Positions 10,141-19,924 of a DNA stretch of 64,000 nt are shown in pieces (within the stretch, counting starts at the first letter, position 1; the number at the start of each line of letters is the position of its first letter). The stretch is from Luminiphilus sp. (GTDB taxonomy: Bacteria > Pseudomonadota > Gammaproteobacteria > Pseudomonadales > Halieaceae): NCBI GenBank assembly GCA_040263855.1, contig JBDQJL010000003.1:34780-98779 (forward strand). The letters are read 5' to 3'. A program made the translations under genes and the position numbers. The notes beneath the pieces are model-generated. The model ran no database searches, was not told where the DNA came from, and saw nothing but the letters and a program-made list of their open reading frames with translations.

Positions 10141-11229
10141 ATGGCAGTAACTGAGGTTTGGGTCGATCGCAGAGATTATCGTCGCACTAAAACGATCCGC
10201 GCCGAGGTACCGCAACCGAGCGACGGGGAGATTGTGGTGGTCATTGATAAGTTCGCGCTCACGGCGAATAACGTGACCTATGCCGCCTCTGGAGACCTGC
10301 TCGGTTATTGGCAGTTCTACCCTACCGCTGAGGATCCCTGGGGCAAAGTCACGGTCTGGGGGATTGCCGAGGTCATTGACAGTCAGGTATCCGACATTAG
10401 CGTGGGGGAGCGCTTATATGGCTTTTTTCCGATGAGCAGTCATTTGCTCATGGCCCCCGGTGAGATATCCGACAGCGGGTTTGTCGATGCACTGGCGCAC
10501 CGGCAGGCACTGCCCGGCCTTTATAACCAGTACGCGCGCACGAAGTCCGAGTCGCATGAGCTTCGAGAGATGGAGGACCAGCGTTGTATTTTCTTCCCTC
10601 TATTCATGACGGGCTTCGTGATTGCCGATTTGCTCTCGGATAACGACTGGTTCGATGCAGAGCAGATTGTGGTGGGCTCGGCGTCGTCCAAGACCGGTTT
10701 TAGTGCGGCTGAGTTTATCAAGCAGGCTGGTTTTAAGGGCAGCCTGGTGGGCTTGACGAGCTCGCAAAACGTGTCGTTTGTCGAGACGTTAGATAGCTAC
10801 GACAGCGCGCTCGCCTATGCGGAGATCGATGCACTCGAGAACAAAGCAACGATTTATATCGATATTGCGGGGGATGTGGCGGTGCGATCTCGTCTTCATC
10901 ATCACCTCGCGGATAACGCGCAACGAACCTTCATGGTGGGTGCAACCCATTGGGATCAATTTGGCAAATCCGTTGACGGCGGCGCAGTACCCGGCGTCGA
11001 GCCCGAAATGTTCTTTGCGCCCGCCCAGATTGAAAAACGAGATGCCGAATGGGGACGCGGTGTCATCATGCGTCAGGCTTACGCCGCCAGTATGCAGCTG
11101 CTGCAACGACTATCACCCTTGCTCACCATAGAGCATCATGCCGGCGCAGAGGCCTGTGTGGAGCTGTGGCAGGCACTGTTGGATAATCAAGTGTCCGGTC
11201 AACGCGGTGTAATGATGACATTGAGGTAA
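10141..11229 (+). CDS. DUF2855 family protein
   Basis: FALTANNVTYA...GYWQFYP...VWG; SASSKT; VGATHW; FFAPAQI; SD GGGAGG. Confidence 0.85.
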   Translation: MAVTEVWVDRRDYRRTKTIRAEVPQPSDGEIVVVIDKFALTANNVTYAASGDLLGYWQFYPTAEDPWGKVTVWGIAEVIDSQVSDISVGERLYGFFPMSSHLLMAPGEISDSGFVDALAHRQALPGLYNQYARTKSESHELREMEDQRCIFFPLFMTGFVIADLLSDNDWFDAEQIVVGSASSKTGFSAAEFIKQAGFKGSLVGLTSSQNVSFVETLDSYDSALAYAEIDALENKATIYIDIAGDVAVRSRLHHHLADNAQRTFMVGATHWDQFGKSVDGGAVPGVEPEMFFAPAQIEKRDAEWGRGVIMRQAYAASMQLLQRLSPLLTIEHHAGAEACVELWQALLDNQVSGQRGVMMTLR

Positions 11230-11290
11230 GATCACGCTGTCTCATTCGTCGTGCAGCAAGGAGCTAGTACATGCGTCCCGGTAAACCGTT

Positions 11291-12142
11291 ATGAAACCAC
11301 TCATCGTTATCGCTCTTGCCGTGATGTTGCCATGCACCATCGCCGCAATTGCGAATCCATCGGGCGTCACGCTTTTGGGGTGGCCCGCATTACTGGTTTT
11401 GGCAGTGGGGGCCTACTGTTTGCAGTGGCTAGCTTTTATACCAGCGCGACTGGGGGAGACCGAGCGATTTTATGATCTGACAGGGTCTCTCACTTATGTG
11501 GTCATCACGCTGTCTGCGGTGGTGGTATCGCCCGCATCAACATGGCCCCAGTGGCTGGTTGCGGCGCTGGTGATTATTTGGGCGGGGCGATTAGGCCGCT
11601 TTTTATTCGAGCGGATTCATCAGGCTGGTGGCGATCAACGTTTCGATCACATCAAGGTGTCTTCTTCTCGTTTTTTTGTGGCTTGGACACTACAGGGCGC
11701 TTGGGTGGTGATGACGAGTTGTGCGGCGATCACCGTCATTTTGAGTTCGACTCACCCACCAGTAGGGATAATTTATGCAGTGGGTGCGATGTGTTGGTTG
11801 GTTGGCTTTACAGTTGAAGTGGTAGCCGACCGCCAGAAATCGCAGTTTCGTGCTGATCCGCGCAACGAGGGATCTTTCATTAACACGGGGTTGTGGGCAC
11901 GGTCGCGTCACCCCAACTATTTCGGCGAAATTTTGCTGTGGAGCGGTATCGCTGCGATGGCTGTGCCGTACCTGTCGGGCACCCAGTGGGTTGTCTTATT
12001 GTCACCCCTGTTCGTGTATGGACTGTTGACACGGGTGAGCGGTATCCCAACGCTTGCTCGCCGTGGCCGGCAACTGTGGGGAGACGACCCTAGCTATCAA
12101 TCCTACTTGGCGCAGACGCCACGGCTGGTACCACGGCTTTGA
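11291..12142 (+). CDS. DUF1295 / steroid 5-alpha-reductase-like membrane protein
   Basis: ERFYDLTGS, ADRQKSQF, GLWARSRHPNYFGEILLW, VSGIPTL motifs. Confidence 0.9.
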   Translation: MKPLIVIALAVMLPCTIAAIANPSGVTLLGWPALLVLAVGAYCLQWLAFIPARLGETERFYDLTGSLTYVVITLSAVVVSPASTWPQWLVAALVIIWAGRLGRFLFERIHQAGGDQRFDHIKVSSSRFFVAWTLQGAWVVMTSCAAITVILSSTHPPVGIIYAVGAMCWLVGFTVEVVADRQKSQFRADPRNEGSFINTGLWARSRHPNYFGEILLWSGIAAMAVPYLSGTQWVVLLSPLFVYGLLTRVSGIPTLARRGRQLWGDDPSYQSYLAQTPRLVPRL

Positions 12143-12297
12143 TATGGTATGGCAGCAGTCTTTTAAAGGGAGCCACGTGAGTTTTGCTCACGCCATGCTT
12201 CCAACCACACTTGCCATTGTTGACGGTATGGCAGCGTGAAACTGGCGACGTGTTGCACAATAGGATGATCAAAATAAGGGTAAGCGGAGCACTCAAT

Positions 12298-12714
12298 ATG
12301 AATACCATCATCGCGACAATGCGCAAGGTCATGCAGGCGATCGGCATCACTGTATTGCTGTGTCTGCCTGTGCAGTTTGTCCAGGCGGAAGACGCACTGG
12401 CAGGATTTTGGCAACATGAATCGGCCCCGATTTGGCTAGCAATGCAGCCCGATGAGGGGGTAGCAATCATGGTGCGCAATGATGATCGCCCCGATAGGGT
12501 TGGGTTTAAGGTGGTGACGGATCTCGTCGCGACTGACAAAGCCAACCAGTGGTTAGGTCAGGTATTTGCCGCGCAGCTCGGCGAGTATCGCGACGCTACC
12601 ATCACGCTGAAAACTGAGGATCGTATGGCGTTTACGGTCAAAGTGGGGTTTATGCGCCGCACGGTAGAATGGCAACGTGTTGACGCGGTGCCTGCTGGAT
12701 CGGATGCCAAGTAA
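12298..12714 (+). CDS. Exported protein, DUF2147-like
   Basis: Signal peptide ending VQA, then LAGFW...; C-terminal VGFMRRTVEWQRV; SD GGAG before ATG 12298. Confidence 0.6.
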   Translation: MNTIIATMRKVMQAIGITVLLCLPVQFVQAEDALAGFWQHESAPIWLAMQPDEGVAIMVRNDDRPDRVGFKVVTDLVATDKANQWLGQVFAAQLGEYRDATITLKTEDRMAFTVKVGFMRRTVEWQRVDAVPAGSDAK

Positions 12715-12730
12715 GCGCCGCGCCATAACT

Positions 12731-12790
12731 GAGACAGTAGCGAAGACAGTAGCTAAGACAATAACCGAGACGACAATAACGATAATAGAG
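12731..12790 (+). repeat. Degenerate ~12-bp tandem repeat in the leader of the DUF3604 gene
   Basis: GAGACAGTAGCG AAGACAGTAGCT AAGACAATAACC GAGACGACAATAAC GATAATAG. Confidence 0.7.
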
Positions 12791-12797
12791 GAGCATC

Positions 12798-14786
12798 ATG
12801 ATGAAACAGCTAGCGCTCGTACTCACACTGCTGGCTTTGACCACTGCCTGTACTGAAGAAGTGGGGTTGATTGATGAGGATTCCAATTTTGGCGGCAGAA
12901 GCGGAGGCCTTAATACCGCGCTAGATCCCGTCATGGATGTGATGGACTTTACCCCGCCGCCGCCGAATCCTTTGCGCAATGCGTATTTTGGCGATCTACA
13001 CGTGCACACCGAGTATTCCTTCGATGCCTATAACTTCGGCACGACAGCAACGCCTTATGATGCCTACCGATTTGCGCAAGGCGCGTCGATTGAACACCCC
13101 GGCGGATATCAAATTCAGATTGCCACGCCGTTGGATTTCTATGCGGTCACAGATCACGCCATGTTTTTGGGTTTGGCGCTAGAGGCTGGCGATACCACCA
13201 CGCCTTTCTCTCAGTATGAGGTTTCTCAGCCACTCCATAACCTCAATGCGGACGATAATAAAGGCGTGTGGAGTTTGCTCAGCCGGATTAATAACTTTGC
13301 TTCTTTTGTTCCCGATGTATTAGCTGGGATTCTTGCCGGTGAGATCTCAGAGGAGGTGGCAATTGGTGTGACGCGACGAGCGTGGGCAGATATTATTAAT
13401 GCGGCCGAGCAATATAACGATCCCGGCCACTTCACCACTTTCGTTGCCTACGAATATACCTCCTCTACCGATGATGTCGGTAACTTACATCGCAATGTCA
13501 TTTTTAGAGGATCGGATAAATTACCCGCGGTACCTTTTTCACGGCTGAACTCACAGAACCCGGAAGGACTGTGGGATTGGATGGATGCTTTGCGCAGTCA
13601 GGGTATTGAGAGCCTAGCAATACCGCACAATTCAAATGGCTCTAATGGTCAGATGTTCAAGTTGGTGGATTGGGCGGGTGATCCAATGGACGATGACTAT
13701 GCTGATCAGCGGATGCGGAATGAGCCAATCGTAGAGATTACCCAGATTAAAGGCACCTCGGATACACATCCGTTGCTCTCACCGAATGACGAATGGGCGG
13801 ATTTTGAAATCTATAATCTGCGGGTAGGGACGAGCTTGCCAAGTCAGCCACAGGGAAGCTACGTGCGAGAGGCGTTGCGTCATGGTTTGATGTTGGAATC
13901 ACAGGGCGTCAAAAACCCTTATCAGTTTGGTGTGGTCGCCGCGAGTGATACGCACGTAGCGGGCACCAGCGACGATGAAAAAACATTCTTCTCCAAAGCC
14001 GGTTTGATGGATGCCTTTCCAGATCGTCGCGGTTCCGTACCCGTAGATCCCGTCTACGGTTTGATCGCTAAATTTTTGGCACCGGATACCTTGACCGAAG
14101 TAGAAGGCGAAAATTACACCTATGGGGGCGGTTTTGAGAGTTGGAGTGCGTCTGGTGTGACGGGGGTTTGGGCCGAGGAAAATACCCGAGACGCGCTCTA
14201 CGATGCATTTCGGCGCAAGGAGACCTTTGCGACCTCCGGCCCGCGAATGCGGGCCCGTTTTTTCGCTGGAACCGGCTATTCCGACGATATTATGACGGCG
14301 GAGTCGATGATCGAGAGGGCCTATGCTGGGGGCGTGCCTATGGGTAGTGATCTCATCACTGGCGGTCAGGCGCCCACGTTCATTGCTTGGGCCAGTGCGG
14401 ACCCCCGAGGAACAGCGCTACAGCGGCTGCAAATCGTCAAAGGATGGGAGAAAAACGGCGAGACTTACGAAGCGGTCTACGATGTGGCCTGCTCTGACGG
14501 GTTGCGTCCTGACCCCGAAACGCATCGGTGTCCTGATAATGGCGCGAGGGTGAATCTCGCAGACTGCAGCATCACTGAGGGTGTCGGTGCCACTGAATTA
14601 AAAACGCTTTGGCAGGACCCAGATTATGATTCAGAGAGTCGCGCCTTCTACTACTTGCGTGCCTTAGAAAATCCAACGTGTCGTTGGTCGACTTGGGATG
14701 CACTACGCGCGGGCGTGGAACCCAGGCCAGATTTGCACACGACGCTTCAGGAGCGTGTTTGGAGTTCACCCATTTGGGTGCGATGA
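12798..14786 (+). CDS. DUF3604 domain lipoprotein (PHP-like metallo-enzyme)
   Basis: Lipobox LTTAC; YFGDLHVHTEYSFDA, AVTDHA, NLHRNVIF, IPHNSNGSNG, QERVWSSPIW. Confidence 0.9.
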   Translation: MMKQLALVLTLLALTTACTEEVGLIDEDSNFGGRSGGLNTALDPVMDVMDFTPPPPNPLRNAYFGDLHVHTEYSFDAYNFGTTATPYDAYRFAQGASIEHPGGYQIQIATPLDFYAVTDHAMFLGLALEAGDTTTPFSQYEVSQPLHNLNADDNKGVWSLLSRINNFASFVPDVLAGILAGEISEEVAIGVTRRAWADIINAAEQYNDPGHFTTFVAYEYTSSTDDVGNLHRNVIFRGSDKLPAVPFSRLNSQNPEGLWDWMDALRSQGIESLAIPHNSNGSNGQMFKLVDWAGDPMDDDYADQRMRNEPIVEITQIKGTSDTHPLLSPNDEWADFEIYNLRVGTSLPSQPQGSYVREALRHGLMLESQGVKNPYQFGVVAASDTHVAGTSDDEKTFFSKAGLMDAFPDRRGSVPVDPVYGLIAKFLAPDTLTEVEGENYTYGGGFESWSASGVTGVWAEENTRDALYDAFRRKETFATSGPRMRARFFAGTGYSDDIMTAESMIERAYAGGVPMGSDLITGGQAPTFIAWASADPRGTALQRLQIVKGWEKNGETYEAVYDVACSDGLRPDPETHRCPDNGARVNLADCSITEGVGATELKTLWQDPDYDSESRAFYYLRALENPTCRWSTWDALRAGVEPRPDLHTTLQERVWSSPIWVR

Positions 14787-14794
14787 GCAAGCTG

Positions 14795-15991
14795 TTAGCA
14801 GCGCTCCAATAACAGCGCGCTGCCGCTACCGGCAGCGCCACTCGCCGCGACAATGCCACTCGATAATTGTTGACGTTGCAGCTCATCAATCAGCGTGCCT
14901 GTCATGATGGCGCCAGTCGCGCCCATGGGGTGTCCAAGCGCGATCACACCGCCATTCACGTTCAGCCTGTCGGGTTCAATTTCCAAAGTGTGGCGCGCCT
15001 TTACGATGGTTGCTGCAAACGCTTCGTGAATCTCAAATAGCTCGATGCTGTGTGCTGAGCGTTGCTGCTCGTGCAGTAGTTTTTGGGCGGCAGCGACACA
15101 GCCACTGACGACCTCTAGCGGTTCGGCGCCGGCGGTGGTGCTGCTGACCAATTGCGCTTTGGGTTCGATGCCCAGTGTTTTTCCCAAATGTTCATCTCCC
15201 ATTAAGACCAGCGCTGCGGCGTCACACATGGCCGGTGAGTTACCGGCGGTATGCACATGCTGAATGGCGGTCAGTTCAGGGAATTGCTCAAGCTGCACTT
15301 GATCAGCCCCGGCTGCGCCGAGGGCAGCAAACGCCGGCGGCAGGGCAGCGAGCTGTTTGGGGGTAAGCGTCCCACGGACACACTCGTCTCGATCGATCCA
15401 GCCGCGCGAGGTTTCTATCGCAATAATCGACTTGAAGCGTCCTTCGCGCTGTGCCTGTGCCGCGCGCTGTTGGCTTTGATGCGCTACCGCATCACAGGCT
15501 TCACGAGACACACCGAGCCGCGTCGCGATTAAGTCTGCACCACTCCCCATTAACAGCATTTGGTGGGCGAGTGCGTAATCGGGGTCATTAAAGACGCGCG
15601 CGTGGTCTGAGAGCATAGGCACGCGAGACATCATTTCGATACCACCTGCCACCATTGCAGTGCTTTGCCCGGTGGCGATTTTTAGACCTGCAAGGGCAAT
15701 AGCATCGACGCTAGATGAACAGAATCGATGAACGGTGAGGCCGGCGACGCTTTCAGGCCAACCGGCATAGAGTACCGACGTTTTCGCGACGTTCGCCGCC
15801 TGTTCTCCATATTGGGTGACGCATCCTAAGATGACCTCTGCGATGAGGTTGGGATCCAGCTGATTGCGCGATGTTAAAGCGCGGTAAAGCGGCTTTAGCA
15901 GCGCTGATGGCGTAAGCTCATGTAGGCCTCCACTAGGCTTGGCTTTGGTCCGGGCACTGCGAATCGCATCGTAGATAAAAACATCCTTCAC
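14795..15991 (-). CDS. Thiolase-family protein with non-canonical active site
   Basis: RFCSSS nucleophile, HEAF, GHPMGATG; C-terminal CxG motif replaced by ASGAAG. Confidence 0.88.
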   Translation of the reverse strand: MKDVFIYDAIRSARTKAKPSGGLHELTPSALLKPLYRALTSRNQLDPNLIAEVILGCVTQYGEQAANVAKTSVLYAGWPESVAGLTVHRFCSSSVDAIALAGLKIATGQSTAMVAGGIEMMSRVPMLSDHARVFNDPDYALAHQMLLMGSGADLIATRLGVSREACDAVAHQSQQRAAQAQREGRFKSIIAIETSRGWIDRDECVRGTLTPKQLAALPPAFAALGAAGADQVQLEQFPELTAIQHVHTAGNSPAMCDAAALVLMGDEHLGKTLGIEPKAQLVSSTTAGAEPLEVVSGCVAAAQKLLHEQQRSAHSIELFEIHEAFAATIVKARHTLEIEPDRLNVNGGVIALGHPMGATGAIMTGTLIDELQRQQLSSGIVAASGAAGSGSALLLERC

Positions 15992-17223
15992 TGACCGATG
16001 CCCACTACAAAACTGGCGCAGGTTGTGGTGCTGCCCCCCACATTAAATGTCATCATGTTCTCGGCCTTGGGGAGCTGATAAGCACCAGCCTGGCCGGTTA
16101 CCTGACGGGCACAGTCCAATATCATGCGAACGCCAGTTGCGCCCACTGGATGGCCCAAGCCAATCAAACCGCCACTGGGATTAATCGGAAAATCGCCATC
16201 GCGGGTAATACGACCCTCATCAATGGCCTTCCAACTGTCGCCCGGAGCGGTCAGACCGCTATGATCGATGGCCATATATTCCGTAATCGTAAAACAGTCA
16301 TGAGTTTCTAGGCCGTCGAGGTCGGTAATATGCTGCATGCCGGCACGCGTTCGTGCATCCGTTAAGGTTTGCGCCGCATGCGGAAAAATAAGCGGCTGAT
16401 CTTGGGACGCTGCGAGCTTGGTCTCCAGTAAAATGGGTGCCGACCGATGCCCCCAGCCTTTAATGCGTGGGACATCATTCAGTGACCTGCCCTGTGCCTG
16501 ACTGTGCGTTTTTGCAAAGCGTTCACTGGCTAAAATGACACAAGCGGCGCCGTCGGTGATCTGACCGCAATCGAGTTTGCGCACCCGACCTTCTATTGAG
16601 GGATTCAGTGCCGGGTCTTGGCCAAAGCTACCTTCAGCAAACACCCACTCCCGGGTTTGCGCACGGGGATTGTGCCGGGCATTGCCGAAATTAATGTCGG
16701 CGATGCGAGTCAACGGTTCGTCGGAAATGCCGTAACGCGCGTCATACTCTTGCGTGAGGCGATCAAACAGAAAGGGCCATGGAAAATCACAATCGGTCGC
16801 CTCATGGCCTTGCCAAGCTGCCGCACCGAGATAATCCGCACCGGTGCGGCCATCTACATTGCGCATTAACTCGAGCCCTACCACGCAGGCGACGTCATAA
16901 TGGCCCGCCTCAATATCGCGCATAGCCGCCAGAATAGCCATTGAGCCTGATGCGCAAGCTGCCTCATGGCGAGCGGTCGGTAGGTGGCCTAGTTCGGGAT
17001 ACACCTGCCCAAAAAAGCCACCTAAAAGGCCTTGCCGAGTGAACAGGTCGCCCACGAAATTACCAACATGGCCAACTTCTATCTGTGACGGCTCAATGCC
17101 GGTATCGTGAACGGCTGCCTGAAGCGCTTCAGAGAACAGATCGTAAATCTCGTGTCCTTCACGCGCCCAGTTACGAGCAAAGTCGGTTTGGCTTCCCCCG
17201 AGGATATAAATGGGCTGATGCAT
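15988..17223 (-). CDS. SCP2-type thiolase / acetyl-CoA acetyltransferase (Rv0914c-like)
   Basis: EAACASG, ETHDCF, GHPVGATG, FNVGGS; stop overlaps the next start (ATGA). Confidence 0.88.
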   Translation of the reverse strand: MHQPIYILGGSQTDFARNWAREGHEIYDLFSEALQAAVHDTGIEPSQIEVGHVGNFVGDLFTRQGLLGGFFGQVYPELGHLPTARHEAACASGSMAILAAMRDIEAGHYDVACVVGLELMRNVDGRTGADYLGAAAWQGHEATDCDFPWPFLFDRLTQEYDARYGISDEPLTRIADINFGNARHNPRAQTREWVFAEGSFGQDPALNPSIEGRVRKLDCGQITDGAACVILASERFAKTHSQAQGRSLNDVPRIKGWGHRSAPILLETKLAASQDQPLIFPHAAQTLTDARTRAGMQHITDLDGLETHDCFTITEYMAIDHSGLTAPGDSWKAIDEGRITRDGDFPINPSGGLIGLGHPVGATGVRMILDCARQVTGQAGAYQLPKAENMMTFNVGGSTTTCASFVVGIGQ

Positions 17224-17472
17224 CAGATGCGCTCCTTATCACTATTACCTATCGCCAATAGCTCGCTCCGGAGGACGGCGCTCACCGGGCCACCAGCTTG
17301 TGCCGCGGCAAGCCAAATTCGTCCTGAGCACGCCGGCCGATATCCTCTTTCCCAGAAAGGCCCCGGAACGCTGACAGCAAGTGATTGGCAGGCGTTTGTC
17401 ATGTTCGCTCTGTCCGCAGCCCAGACCGTAATGAGCCCCCATGTGGGAAGTCTGCTTCGGAGGGCGTCCATC

Positions 17473-17508
17473 CAAGAATACCCGATTCAAGAATACCCGA
17501 TTCAAGAA
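17473..17508. repeat. 15-bp tandem repeat (about 2.4 copies) in a divergent intergenic region
   Basis: CAAGAATACCCGATT CAAGAATACCCGATT CAAGAA. Confidence 0.85.
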
Positions 17509-17761
17509 ACAGAGGCCTGTGGGACGGCAGTAAGCTCAGAGTGGTTTGTAAAGGGAGCATGGTAGGCGCCAAACACCGTGGTGTGGTGATCCTAGGATGC
17601 ACGATGGCATAGCGCAAGCACTTGAGCGATTGCCACTGGGTCTATTTTGCGGGGGTGAGATTGAGTGTCGCAGATTGCGGCTGGTCATTGCAGAGACTTA
17701 TTTTTCCCTGCTACTCTGGGTTCCCATTCACCGCTAGCGAGAACCGCGCGGGGACTCCACG

Positions 17762-19267
17762 ATGAATCAAGCGTTGCGCCTTTCGACGTTTCCAGTGACA
17801 GAGGAGTGCATTGGCGATGTCGCTGTTTTTGAGCACACTCAGCCTTGGATTTATGGCATTGATAATCCCTATCTGCACGGAGCTTATGCGCCGACGACAT
17901 TAGAGCTGTCTGAGTCCGGTCTGGCGATAGAGGGCGAAATTCCAGCTGATCTCACCGGAACCTATTTCCGTAACGGACCCAACCCTATTCACCGACCGGG
18001 TAATCGGTATCACCCCTTTGATGGTGATGGCATGGTTCATGCGGTTTCCTTTTGTGAGGGAGCGGCCAGTTATCGCAATCGGTACATTGATACGGTTGCA
18101 CTGACTGCTGAGCGCGCAGTGGGACAGTCAACCTCTAATGGCGTCATGGGCCCCTTTGACTTTGAGACCTCTGAATTCGGCATCAAAGACACGTCCAATA
18201 CCGATCTGTTTTATTACGCGGGTAGTCTCATGACGTTGTGGTACAACGCTGGGCATCCGTATCGGCTAGATCCCCACACGCTGGAGACAACGGGTTATTT
18301 TGAGCTTGAAGGGCGCCCTCAGCGCAGGCTGTCGGCGCATTCAAAAGTCGATTGGGCCACTGGCGAGCTGTTATTTTTTGACTATGGTGATGAACCGCCT
18401 TATATGACCTACGGTGTGGCTGACCCGTCGGGACAGTTGCGGCATGAGGTGGCCATTGATTTGCCTGGTCCGCGCCTACCTCATGACATTGGTTTCACGC
18501 CCAACTACACTATTTTGCATGACCTGCCGTTTTTTCATGATCCCAAAGTACTGCAGCGGCATCATTTACGGGTCCTCACGTTTCACCGCGATATTCCTAC
18601 CCGTTTTGGGTTAATCCCGCGGCACGGTCGTGGCGAAGACATTCGCTGGTTCGAATGCGAACCCTGTTACATTTTGCACGTGAGTAATAGTTGGGAAGAG
18701 GGCGATTGGGTCGTGATGGATGGATGCCGGTCTAGAAATCCCATGCCGGCCGCCGCCAACGGGGAGGGCGAACTGTCGCACATGCTGGCCTATATGCGGC
18801 TTGAGGCGAATAACTATCGTTGGCGCTTTAATCTGAGAACGGGCGAGGTCCGTGAGGGCGATATTGACGACCTCAATACCGAGTTTAATAAAGCAAATCC
18901 ATTGTACGCAGGCATCAAGAGCCGCTATGCCTACCATCAGCGCATCCCTCTGTTGGAGGAGGGTGGACACACCTTGCGTTTCACCGGTTTAGTCAAATAT
19001 GACAACGAAACCGGTTCGCGACAACAGTGGGACTACGGGTCAGGGGTTTTTGGCAGCGAGGCGGTCTTTGCCCCTAGGCAGGGCGCAACGAGAGCCAATG
19101 CAGAGGATGATGGTTATGTCATTACCCTCGTCACTGACTCGAAAGATTGGGCCTCCCATTGCCTCGTATTTGATGCCACAGATGTGAGCGCCGGTCCTGT
19201 GGCACGCATTCGCCTGCCGCAACGGGTGCCGTTTGGGTTCCATGCCAGCTGGGCGCCCGGTATCTGA
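17762..19267 (+). CDS. Carotenoid oxygenase (RPE65/lignostilbene dioxygenase) family protein
   Basis: YFRNGPNP, HPFDGDGMVH; Fe-binding His in SAHSK, LPHD, ILHV, VPFGFHASW; EDDGY. Confidence 0.93.
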   Translation: MNQALRLSTFPVTEECIGDVAVFEHTQPWIYGIDNPYLHGAYAPTTLELSESGLAIEGEIPADLTGTYFRNGPNPIHRPGNRYHPFDGDGMVHAVSFCEGAASYRNRYIDTVALTAERAVGQSTSNGVMGPFDFETSEFGIKDTSNTDLFYYAGSLMTLWYNAGHPYRLDPHTLETTGYFELEGRPQRRLSAHSKVDWATGELLFFDYGDEPPYMTYGVADPSGQLRHEVAIDLPGPRLPHDIGFTPNYTILHDLPFFHDPKVLQRHHLRVLTFHRDIPTRFGLIPRHGRGEDIRWFECEPCYILHVSNSWEEGDWVVMDGCRSRNPMPAAANGEGELSHMLAYMRLEANNYRWRFNLRTGEVREGDIDDLNTEFNKANPLYAGIKSRYAYHQRIPLLEEGGHTLRFTGLVKYDNETGSRQQWDYGSGVFGSEAVFAPRQGATRANAEDDGYVITLVTDSKDWASHCLVFDATDVSAGPVARIRLPQRVPFGFHASWAPGI

Positions 19268-19289
19268 TTACTGATTAGCATGATGTTGG

Positions 19290-19904
19290 CTAGATTTTGA
19301 CCAACACCAGCATCGCGACCAGCACCATCAGTGCCGCTGCAATCTTGTTCAGCGTTGCGAGGTGTTTTTCGCTGCTCAAAAGTCGACGTAGGCCACTTCC
19401 GCCGGTGGCATAAAGACTCATTGATAAAAATTCTGAGGGTAGGATCACGCCGAGAAAGACCATCAATTGCTGAGGCACCGTCTCGCCGGATGACATGAAC
19501 CCCGGCAGTAGTGCGATCATAAATCCCCAACCTTTGGGATTCATGACTGCGGTGGTGAAGCCCAGTGCCAGCAATGCTGCTGGTGTCACGCGGGACTGCC
19601 CCTCGCCCTGGTTAAAGTGAACTGGCGCAGTCCAAAGCCGATGAGCTACCCACAATAGATAGCTTCCACCGATCAGTGCCAACACGGTGAAATAACCCCT
19701 GGGCAGCGTTTGGATCCACGCGAGTAATACGACGCAGGTGATGACAACGATCGCCACACCGGCAAGCTCTCCCCACATCATCCAAAGCGTGTGGCGGTAG
19801 CCCTGCGAGAGGCCAACCGTAAATGCCAGTGTCATACACATGCCGGGTGTCAGCGAAATAGCGGCAATCGTCGGGATGAAAATCCAGAGTAGGTCAGTCG
19901 TCAT
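19290..19904 (-). CDS. LysE/RhtB family translocator
   Basis: SLTPGMCMTL, GFTTAVMNPKG motifs; start trimmed to MTTDLLW. Confidence 0.88.
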   Translation of the reverse strand: MTTDLLWIFIPTIAAISLTPGMCMTLAFTVGLSQGYRHTLWMMWGELAGVAIVVITCVVLLAWIQTLPRGYFTVLALIGGSYLLWVAHRLWTAPVHFNQGEGQSRVTPAALLALGFTTAVMNPKGWGFMIALLPGFMSSGETVPQQLMVFLGVILPSEFLSMSLYATGGSGLRRLLSSEKHLATLNKIAAALMVLVAMLVLVKI

Positions 19905-19924
19905 GTGGCCGTGATCGTGGCGAC

